DNA of 64,000 nucleotides from Candidatus Omnitrophota bacterium (GTDB lineage: Bacteria; Omnitrophota; Gorgyraeia; Gorgyraeales; Gorgyraeaceae). The notes under the pieces are model-generated. The model was not told where the DNA came from. It saw only the letters and a program-made list of their open reading frames with translations, and searched no databases. The position numbers and the translations under genes were made by a program. Each line of letters begins with the position of its first letter. Positions within the stretch are counted from its first letter, which is position 1. Location: assembly GCA_043814965.1 (NCBI GenBank), contig JBDRJN010000006.1, forward strand, positions 7,838 through 71,837, written 5' to 3'. Shown one piece after another: positions 39,001-51,000 of the stretch.

Positions 39001-42000
39001 TTGGAAGACAAGAAGGCCATACTTACTGCTTTACTATCAGGCATCTATTAAGGCTTGCAAATAGGCTTGATGACAGAAGAGAGAAAAACCTTTTAAATTC
39101 AACAGAAGATATTATAAGGGTATTATCTATAGAAATACAGGAAGTCTATAGAGAAGAAATAAAAGGCGATAGTGATATAAGATTATTTAATAACACGCTT
39201 GGTGCTATTTTTAAGGCAGGGGACTTGGATAAGGATATAGTTGTAGAGCAGAACAAGGAAGGCGGGATATGTGTAATAGGCCAAACAAGATTTCGCATAA
39301 AGAGCGAAAGAGGAAAGCTTGTACCAGGAGATGACGCTATCCTTAAACATGTTCCTACTACTAAAAAGTATCTTTCAAGTATAGCAAGAGCTGTAGACAT
39401 GAAGGAAAAGGTGCTTCTTGTAGGGCCTACAGGTTCGTCAAAGACATCCCTTATAAAGTATCTAGCGCACCTCACAAATAATGAATTTACAAGAGTAAAT
39501 CTTGATTCCCAGACTGACACGTCAGAACTTATAGGAAAACTTGTCCCGAAGAAAGAAGGGAACGGATTTCAGTGGACTGACGGTATCCTTGTAAAGGCCA
39601 TGACAGAAGGCCAATGGATACTTTTGGATGAAATAAACCTTGCTGAGCCTGATATATTGGAAAGAGTGAATTCGCTTTTAGATGACGACGGCTATATAGT
39701 GCTTACAGAAGACAATAACAGGAAAGTAGAATGCCACCCTGATTTCAGGCTTTTTGCTGCTATGAACCCGGAAAGCTATTCGGGAAGAAATAGATTGTCC
39801 AGGGCTATGAGGAATAAATTTTCAGAAAAATGGATCTCAGGGGATATGCCGAAAGAAGAGATAGAAGAAGTAGTAAGATTTTATCTTACGGATAAAGATA
39901 TTGCAAAGACTTTACCTATTGAAGAGGGCATAGCTGTATCAATATCCAAGGAAATAAGAAAAGCATATCTAACTATAAAAGATATGATTGATTCCGGCAG
40001 ATTAGGCAAACAGAAATTAAGCGGAGGAGATATAGGTGATTATGAGTTTAGCATGAGGGACCTGAGAGATTGGGCAGAATTTGTAAGAAGGCTTTCAAGC
40101 GCATCTAACATGAGCCACACAGAAGCCATGATACAAGGCGCATTGTATATCTTTAGAGATAGGTTAGAGGGGTTTGAAGATAAAAAGATATTTGAAGAAG
40201 AAATACTTAATAAGATAGACCAGGGTTCGATCTCTGCTAAAGAAAAGATAAATATAAGTTCCTTGGATGTAACAGAAGAGGAAGGCAGGGGAGAAATAGA
40301 GATATTAAAGCAGAAAATGGAAGAGGGAAGGCTTGATGAAGGAAAAGATCCGCAGGTAGTAGTATTGAAAAAATTTAAAGACCTTACAAAAAATCTTCCG
40401 ATTGAACTTAAAGGAGACCTTTATACAATAGAGAGTAAATTATCAGGTAATGATATGGCTCAGGGTATCCATGGATTTGCGATGTTGCCAGAGGGTATAG
40501 CTAAGGAATTAGTGGAATTTATACTTAATATGCCTGAGCTAACCCGCACTGATAATAAAAATATCGTTTGGAGCATGAAAAAAGCTGCTATAGATGTAAT
40601 AAGTTATCTTGAGAATAGCGGTATAAATATAAAAGACGCAATGTTATATATTCGTTTGAAAGAGGCGCTTAATAGCCCTTCTCAGGAAGTGAGAATAGCT
40701 AGCGCCTTGGCGATAAATTTAGATAATAATAGGACAAAAAAGCTTATAAAAGACCTCAAAATAGAAAGGCCTGATAAATTACCCAAAAAGGATATAAGAG
40801 AAAAGCTAAGCAAGGATTATCTAGGTATAGATGATTTAACTAAAGATGGAAATTCTAATATCCTTCCGTCAATACTATTTGGTATTTTAGCTCAAATTGT
40901 AATAGGAACAGGTAATCTATTAGGTTTAGAAAATACTTTTCTAAAAGTCGTAGCTTTTATAGGATTCTCCCTGGTTCCTTACGGGGTTTTAGCCTTGGTA
41001 AAGCAAACTTTATCTTTTAGCTATAACCTTATTTTCTCAAGGCAATATAAGATATTAAATAATATATATAAAAAGATACCTTTAAAATTAGCCGATTTTT
41101 ATGAATTAGTAAAAGATTTCTCTAAAAAACTTTTAGACACACGAACTTCAAATCTCAAAGCCGGTAAGGATAAAGAAAAAAATAGACTAACATTTTCGTC
41201 AGTAGTGGGAGGCCTTTTGATGGGCGTGACATTTGCTTTACGAGATGACTATATATTGCCATTTATTGCTGATTTTGTAAAGGATGCTTCAGGTTTGTGG
41301 GCTTCAGGAGGTGTATGGGCCCTACTTGGTTTAATGTGGTGGTCATTTTCATGGGTATTATATGCAGTACAGGATAAAGTCTTAACAGCTTTAAGGGAGA
41401 TGATATACCAGCCTTTATCTCGTAAATACGATCCTAAGAAGAAGGCAAATGAAAATTTTGATGCTTCAAAGGATATCTTAAGAGCGTATAGCCCTGAAAC
41501 AGTACAATCCTTCTCTCATCATAAAAAGCGTGATCCAGAAGAAAAGAACAGCTATTCAGAACTCTATACAAAGAAAGATCTAAATACAGTATTGAGGGAA
41601 GACGCTATAAGGCTGTATGAAGAGAACAACACTGTCAGTATAATGGATATAGCCTTGGAGATCAACAAAGACGAAGACATGCCTAAGAACCATGTGCCTG
41701 GCAAAAAGACAGCAGGACTCGTAAAGACAGTGTCTACTGTAAAGAATCTAAAGAAGATCGCGCTATCTATTGTAATGAATGATCCAGTGCTATTAGTAGG
41801 AGAATCCGGAGTTGGTAAGACCTCGCTCGTAAGATACCTTGCGTATCTGACAAACAATAATTACAGGAGATTTAACCTAAACGGCCAGACAGATAAGACA
41901 GAGTTTATAGGAGGGTGGAAGCCCAATAAAGAAGGCGGTTTTAAATGGGTGGATGGTATTTTAGTAAATGCCTTGAGGAGCGGTGACTGGCTGGTCTTGG

Positions 42001-45000
42001 ATGAGATCAATCTTGCAGAGTCGCAGGTAATAGAGAGGATAAATTCACTACTTGATGATGACGGACAACTTAGGATCACTGAAGGTGAAAAAGAAAGAGT
42101 GTTTATTAAGTCAGCTGAATATAGAAAGAGATCGAAGGAGATAGAGAACAAGGAGAGCATTTTAGAAGAAGATGCTATGAAGAAATTGGAAGAAGAGGGG
42201 ATATTTGAGATAAATCCGAATTTCAGGCTATTTGCTACTATGAACCCAACTGAGTATGCTGGAAGAAATATGCTTTCGCCTGCTCTTATGAACAGGTTCC
42301 GCGTGAAATGGATAGATGATCTATATACTAATGAGAAACAGGCGATCTTGAACTTAACATATGGCGATAAATATAATAACCCTGGGCTTAGCCAGAGACA
42401 TATAGAATATCTCACTCTCTTACATGAGGGCTTGCAGGCGCTTAGCGCATCAAGAAAACTCGGAGAAGAAGAAAGAGACCCTTATTACTATAGCCTAAGG
42501 GACTTAAGGAAGGTCTGTGACAGGGCATTGAAGAGGATGAAAAGCGAAAGTAAACCAGGCGAAGAAGTATCCGATAAATTAATAAATAATATTTTATACC
42601 AGGAATTCTTGGAGGTTTATGGCGACAGGACAAGAGATGAGCATGACTATGAAATATTAAAGGATATTGTATTAGGTACGAGGTTTGCTGGTGCGTTAGA
42701 AGATAATAAGTTTGACATAGTAGATAATAAAAAGACAACTTCATTTGGTGGTATAGAGATTGATAGATGGGACAAAGGTGGAAAATACATTCCTAGTAAT
42801 GAGGCAAAGCTTATAGAAAGCAAAACCACCAATAGGTACCTTAAAAAACTTGCTAAGAGCGTTTATATGAATGAAAAGACGCTTTTGGTAGGCCCTACAG
42901 GAAGCGCCAAGACGTCTTTAGTGAGGGGTTTAGCGTATCTTACAGGGAATAATTTTATGAGGATGAATCTTGATGCGCAGACTGATACAGGGGAGATAAT
43001 AGGGCATTTTATCCCAGAGGAAGGTTCTAAAGATAGATTCAAGTGGGTAGACGGAGACCTTGTTACTGCAATGAAAGAAGGCTATTGGGTGCTCTTTGAT
43101 GAGTTAAATCTTGCTGAGCCTGAGATACTAGAGAGGATAAATTCACTTCTCGATGAAGATGGTTCTTTAGTTATCACTGAAAACGAAGGAGAAAAATATA
43201 TACCTAGCGAACAATTCCAAAAACTAAGAGAGGAATATATCAGTAAGGGCCTTATAGATAATAATAACGAAAAGAATGTAATAGTTGTAACTAACGATAA
43301 AGGCGAGACAATAGAGAAGATATACGAAATACACCCTAATTTCCGATTGTTCTGCGCTATGAACCCAGAAAAATATTCTGGCAGGAACAGGCTCTCTATC
43401 GCAATGCGCAATAAATTGACAGAGATATGGGTACCTGGCCTTACTGATAAGGAAGAGATAAAGCATATAGTAAAAGGCTTTTTAGGGATCCCTGAAGGTG
43501 TGTCCAAGGATGTTATCGCAAGCCAGATGGTGTTCCTAAATGGTGAATTAAATAACCTAAAAGAAGAAGATCCCGAAGGTATATTAGAGGAGTATGAATT
43601 TACTATACGCGATCTAAAGGCATGGAGTGGGTATATAAATGAGTTCCAAGGTAAATTGGGCCTGGAAAACGCTTTTATAAAAGGCGCAAGGTATATATAT
43701 TATGACAGGTTCAAAACCGACAGCGAAAGAAAAGATTTTATAGAACTTATAAGAAAAGCTGTATCTAGGGAACCTCAAGAATATATAAATGAAGTCTTTA
43801 ATGCGAAGAGTAGTGAAGACCTCAAGGAACTTACTCCTGACGAAAACAATAAACTGCATGTATTGGGCGTTACTCTTGATATCAATAGAGAAGGAGGAGA
43901 GTATGTACCTGATATAGATAGATCAAAGCTCGTAATAACAGATGAGACTCTAAAAAATCTTGAAAAAGCAGCAGAATCTGTAAAGCTAAATGATAATCTA
44001 TTATTAGAAGGAGAGACGGGCGCAGGAAAGACTTCTTTAATAAGGTATCTTGCATCTATAACTAATAATAACTTTAGCAGGTTCAATCTTAGCGGCCAGA
44101 CAGAAAAGACAGATTTTATAGGAGGTTTCAAGCCTAAGGATGGTACTTTCGAATGGCAGGATGGCATACTCATAAGGGCATTAAAAGAAGGCCATTGGCT
44201 TGTCTTGGATGAGATAAATCTTGCATCATCACAGGTAATAGAGAGGATAAATTCCCTATTAGATGATGATGGTTTTATAGTAGTTACGGAGAATAAAGGC
44301 GAGAAATATATAAAGAGTGAACAATATCAAGCACTTAAGAAGCAATATACGGATGGCGGATTAAGCGAAGGAGAGGCAAAGGAAAGGCTTAATAATGTAG
44401 ACAGGATATTCGAGATAAACCTCAATTTCAGATTATTTGCCACTATGAACCCAGTAACATATGCCGGAAGAAAGAGATTTTCAAAAGCGCTTCTAAATAG
44501 ATTTAGGGTAAAGTGGATAGATGAGCTCCCAAGAGAAGACCTTAAAGAGATATTAGTTGAAAAATATAACCATACTAATATATCCAGTAAGCCTATAGAT
44601 AAGGCGCTGGATTTTTATTACAGCGCCAAGACCGCGGCAGATAAATACCCTCAGCTAAAATTGTGTTTTACAATAAGACATGTCTTAAGATGGTTCGATA
44701 GGATTAACTCTTATACCGGAAAAGATGTCGATAGTATGTTTGCTCTAGAGGCAGGGGAAGTATTTCTGGATGGTTTAGGAGAAGAGATTTCGGAACAAGA
44801 GATAAAAAGAGAGCTTGTAGAAAATATAAGAAATATCTTTGGCAGTCTGTACGAAGACAATGATATAGATATAGACAAACAAAAAGATACTATTAGCTTT
44901 GGAGAGATAAAGATAGCTGAGAAAAAAGGTAAGAGAGAACAATATATAGATAGAGAGCCTTTGTATGAGACAGATTCTACAAAAACGCTTTTAAAAAAGC

Positions 45001-48000
45001 TAGCAAAATGTGTAAATCAGAAAGAGCCGGTTCTTATGAAAGGCCTTACCGGAGGAGGAAAGACCTCTTTACCGAAATATTTATCTGATCTCACAAATAA
45101 TGATTTTGTTACACTGGACTTGGATGGCCAGACTGATACTGCGCAACTTATAGGGCAATATATCCCTGATGAAAATACAAAAACTGGTTACAGGTGGCAG
45201 GATGGGCTTCTTATAAGGGCAATGGAAAATGGCTGGTGGATACTCTTGGATGAGATAAACCTTGCTGAGGCGGATATATTGGAGAGGATAAACTCGCTCT
45301 TAGACGATGATGGGTATATAGTCCTGACTGAAGACAACAATAGGAAGGTAAAATGTCATCCTGATTTCAGGCTTTTTGCTGCCATGAACCCAGAGACCTA
45401 CGCAGGAAGGGCGAATCTTTCAATAGCGATGCTCAATAAATTTCACCAGATATGGGTTCCAAGGGATTTTACAGAAAAAGAAGATATAGAATTAGTCGGT
45501 CATTACTTAGAGACATATACAGCAATAGATAAGATGTCTTCCAGCGTACAGCATATAGAGTATAGAACTATGATAGAGAAAATGCCTTTTGATGTTATGT
45601 ATAGCGTGGCTGATCCATTAGGATTGATATATATAGGTATTAAATCGTTAAAGTCACTGATATCAAGTAAAAGGCATGGGCTTGATCTAAGTGTAAAATA
45701 TTATAATGAAAAAGGAGAAGAGATCACCGAGGACCTAAATAGAAAAGAAAAAAGAAACCTTAAAAAATTCAATCGCAGGCTTAAAGATATAGGTGTAGTA
45801 GCAAGTTATTTTGGAGGGGATTTTGAGGTAGATATACGCCCAGGGAAAAGATGGGCTATAGGATATCCTAAGGATCCGAATGAAAAACCAGTAATAACAT
45901 TCCCTAAGAATGAGCTTCTGGAAAAAGATAAGGATGTTGTGATAGGCAGTGCTTTACATGAAGCAGGACACAGAGACATATCGTGGATGGATAGTTTCTT
46001 TACCGAAAAAGAATCAAGAAGGTTTTTACTTAATGCAGTCGAGGACCCTCGCGTAAATGAATGGACTACTCTAAAGACAGAAGGGACAAGGAAATTTACA
46101 GAAGCTACATACATAGACGCATACCCAAAAGAGGCTAAGAAGAGTTTTGATGAACGAGGTATTATGCCTCACATACAGTTTGGCCTTGGGCTTATACATT
46201 ATTGGTATTATGGCGAAGAACACCCTGCGATAAAAAATACTAAAGTGTTAAAAGCTCTCCAGGATACAAGAGTGGATGCTGTAAAGGCATATAATATACA
46301 CGCAGGCACTATTACTATAACAAGGGATAAAGATATAAAGGATGGATTTATATTATATTCGCCTACATATGGTGAGCAGAAAATAGACTTGAAACTTGGT
46401 GATAGGCGCGCCTTGAGGATGAAAGACGCAGGGATGGTAGAGAGAACAGGCAAAGAAGAAATAACGTTTTATACAGGAGACGGAGAGATCCCAGTCATTT
46501 TTAAAGAAGAAGATTTCAGCAAGAAGAGCCTTTTAAATATGCGCCCGAGCGCAAAGGATAAGGAAATAGCAGCGATTGAATCAGCAAGGATCATAAAAGA
46601 AAAGATATTGCCTGTATATGAGACACTTGTAAAAGAGTCTGTAGATAATAAAAAAGAGGAGTTGAAAAAAGATAGCCTTAGCGAAGATATACAAAGCCAG
46701 GCCGAAAAGGAAGTAGAAGAAGAATCAAAGAAAGCAGCTGATGCATTAGGCCCAAAGATCTCAGAAGATGATCTAGAGGCCTCGGAGGATAAAAAGACAA
46801 AAGCTAAAGAAGACAGACAGCCAACGCCTGAAGCTAAAGAAAAATCACAGCCAATGTCAGTTGACAGCAAGAATGCGGAAGATGAAGACAAGAGAGATGG
46901 CAGTGATATAAAGGAAAGCGCTGAAGACGTAAAAGATGAACCAGGCGAACGTGAAGAATCCGACAGTGATAAGGAAAATAGGGGAGGCCAGGTTGATGCA
47001 GAGAGCTTCTTTAAAGATATGGTAAGAAAGTTTGAAACAGAAGTACCACAAACTACATATGACAATTACTATAGAGGCATAAGCAGGATCATAGAAAAGC
47101 TCTTTGGTATCCTAGATAATGAGCTCCATAAAGATACAAAATTTAGATATAAAGGCTATTTTGCAACAGGACCTAAGCCTGATATGAGAAAAGCAATGAC
47201 AATGAAAGAGACGGGAGATATGGATATATGGCTTAAACGTGTCAAGGCTATACAAAGAAGTTTTAAATTTAGCTTGGTTCTAGATGAAAGCGGATCTATG
47301 GGGCGCGGAGACAAGACAAACCCTGCTGTACAGGCCATGATAATATTTATGGAGGTTCTCTCCAGGTTGAACATAGATTTTTCTATAATAGGCTTTAGCG
47401 ACTCGCCTTCTATTCACATGAACTTTGGTGAAAGCTTCAAGCATAGTAAGAATAAAGTAGTAAAAGAAGTTATCAGATACATGGGTAAAGGCGGGACGAA
47501 TGACGCAAAGGCAGTAGAAAAGGCAACTGCCTTATTAGATAGGGAGATAAGTGATACAAAGATCATGATAGTGGTCAGTGACGGCTATGGAAATAGGGAG
47601 CTATTACGCAAGAATTTATTAAAGGCATATAAAAAAGGCATAGATGTAATAGGTCTAGGCATAGGATCTGGCATGGATTATGTTAAGGAGGTCTATGACT
47701 GCGCAAAGGTCATAGGGGACTTGAATGATCTGCCCAGGATAGTAGCCCAGGTGCTTATAGACATAATCGTAAAAGGAAAACACGTAAGGCGCAGTAATAG
47801 AGACAACGAGGTAGACATCTCTGGGGAAGTAACTAAGATAAATAAAACACAATCTGACGTCCCGGATAGCTTGACGCAATTAAACTCCATACCTATATAT
47901 CAATATATCGGTGCAGGCATAAAAGCGCTGAAGGCAGGCAGGAAACATCTAAAAGATATTAAGAAAGAGAGAGAACTCAAGAAAAAAGAGGAAGAAGAGA

Positions 48001-51000
48001 TCGCAGAACGCATGGAATTATCCAAGCCGACAGAGGAATATAAACCGACAATACATTCAGCCGGAGATCTAGCGATCCATGGAATAGACAATATGTCGTT
48101 AGAGATAGAACAGGGTAAAAACGCATATCTATACGGGACAATAAATCTTAATGTTGCAGCCAAGAATGTTACTGAGGCCTCAAAGGTAGTGCAGGATATA
48201 AAAGCCGGTTTGTTCACAGTTACTAAAAAAGATAAATTAAAATTAAAAGATATATTTGAAAAAATAGAAATAGTCAATGCATGGGATGAATCCGGCAAGG
48301 AGATCTTTGATGCTGGCAAAGAAGAAGAAGGCCAGGTCGGCACACTTTTAGGAGCAAGGTCTTTACGCTATAGGATAAAAGTTCCATGCGAAGAAACAGG
48401 CGAGTTCAAATATGCTTTAGGGTTTACATTCGATCCAAAGCTCAATGGAAAAAGCTGGAGTTATGTAAGAGATAATATTGGCATAAGTTCCTTTGCAGTA
48501 ATAAATGTGATAGATAAGACCCAAGCTTTTGAAAACAAGATCTTAAATGTACTTAGCGGGATATCCTTTAGCAGTTTAGAAGAGTTGATGGATAGGTTTG
48601 ATAACCCAGAGGAGAAAAAGAATATCTATGCCGCACTTAACAACCTATACAGCAAAAAGGCTATCAGTGTCATCTATGATAATATCGACCAGAAAGAGCT
48701 CCGTTATAGTTCGACTTCTTCCCTGGAAGAAGGCTTAAAGAACGGATCAATAATAGAGGCCAAGTCAGGCACAAAGATAAGGTTTTTTACAAAAGACGCG
48801 ATAGAAAAATCCGGCAAAAACTTAGTAAGGTATAAAGAAGGGTTATTTGATGTCCTGGATAAAGCTACGCTGCAATCCAAGCTTGATAAAAATGAGATAA
48901 GGCCTGTTTATACCAAAGAAGGCACCCTGTTTTATGAGAGAGAGTTAGTGCACAGTATGATAAAAGAGGAAAAGATCATACTCAGTAATTTCATTAACTC
49001 CGGACAATTTTTTATATTGGCAAAAGACAAAGATGATTATTTAAGAAAAGAGTTAAATAACTGTAAGAGTATATTTGAAGAGAACTTTAAGGACGCATCA
49101 AAGAACATACATGAGGCCTATGGATCAGCCCGCGAGATCTTTAATACTCCACAAAGGATAAATAGCTTAAAGAGGGCAGTGGAGATGGCTGTAAGCTTAA
49201 AGAAATGGAACGCTGATGACTATACTATCGCAGCTGCATTTTTGGAGAACATAGACCTTGAGAATAAAGATCATATAAAAAGGATAAAACAATTTGACAA
49301 AAGGTCAAAGGTCTTGAATATCCTTAAGAATTTCAGGAATGTATCCAACCTTCCGCATATACTAGAGCTGAATCTGGAGAACCATCTTGATATCCAGTAT
49401 AAGATGGACATGATCATAAAGACCTCGAGGACCCCGGAGGTAATGCTGCTTACATGGGCTGATATATTGAACAGGGTGAAGTCCGAGGAAAGAAAAGAAA
49501 ACTTTAAATATATTGCTCAAGCAGCAAGGACGCTTTACGGCCCCTTAGCAGATAGATTAGGCAGGGAAGATGTTGCCAAGGAGATCTGGCATACTATCTT
49601 TGAAAAGCAAGACCCGGAATTATGCAAGAAGGTGACAGAGGCAATGGAAAAAAGAATAGGCATGACCCTTAGCGAAGGAGAAGTGTTTTTGCATGAAGCA
49701 AAACTCAAGATAGAGAAGTATTTAAGAGACAATGATCTTAAGGCAAAGGTATACATAAGGGTCAAGTCACCTGTCTCTATGTTCGACAGGGCAAGAAAAG
49801 GACAGACAAAATATTCTACAGAAGAGGTCTTGCGCATTATCGAGACATCAAAAATGCTCAGGGATACATTAGGTATCATGGTGGTATTTGATGAGGAAGA
49901 ATACAAGATACACCAATCAGTATATTATATCGCAGCTGAGATAGCCAACATAGAAGAGGCATCGAAGTTCAGGAGAGAGGCGCTTTATGTCGACTATCCA
50001 AGGTATAGTTTCTACATAAAAGCAGAGAATGGCGCAGATATGAGCTTTATGGCTAAAGACAAAGATACCTATAAGACATATAGAGTAGGAGAATCTGCGC
50101 ACTGGCATTTTAAATTAAAAGACAGGATACTGGAAGGAAAGAAGCAGAGTTTTGAGTATTGGCCGGATGGCCTGGAATATGCAGGAGATTTTGAAAAAGA
50201 TTTTAATGCTCTAGTAATCGAACTGGATAAATATAGTTATGTGTATTATGCAGAACCTTCAAAGCAGTACACCTATCCCAAGATCATAAAACTTCCCTCA
50301 GGTTCTATTGCTGTAGACCTTGCGAGTGAAATGGGTGTATTGAACAGTGATTTTTCAGGAGTCACAGTAAAGAACCTTAAACATGACTATAATTATGGCA
50401 AAGAAATGGGAGGAACTATAAGATCAAGCCATCAACCATATGGCATTGACTATCTATTAAAGGATGGAGATATAGTCACTCCGTATAGCAGCAGAGAAGG
50501 ATTTCCTGAAAATAAAAGACTAGCCTTGACAGAAGCAATGAATAGATCGAAAAATCAGGCTGCCAGGGATTTTATAAAAGGGAAATTAAATATGTCCAAT
50601 CTAAGGATAGCTCAATGGGGAAAAGAGAGCTATCCTATACTGAATAAGATATGGCGTAGTATACTTATGGTGACAGGAGTTACACCTATACATGAACTTG
50701 GCCATATTTACGGAGCTCTTTTACAAGATGATGATAAAGTCATAAATAGCACTAAGACAATAGAAGAGTTTGAGATAAATACCAAAGGAGTATTCTTTGA
50801 AGGGAGGCTTAAGGGCCTGAAAGGGTCTTCTTTACTGTTAGGGGCTGCAGCAAATCTGATAGCTGTACCATTGGTAATATTTTCAAGTTTAGGAGCTGGA
50901 TTTGATAGTGTGTTGACGTATGTAGCGGGACTTCATATTATAGCTGGCCTTGTAGAAGTATTTTCCAGTAAGGGTGATGTAAGAAAGTTTTTTGGAGAAA

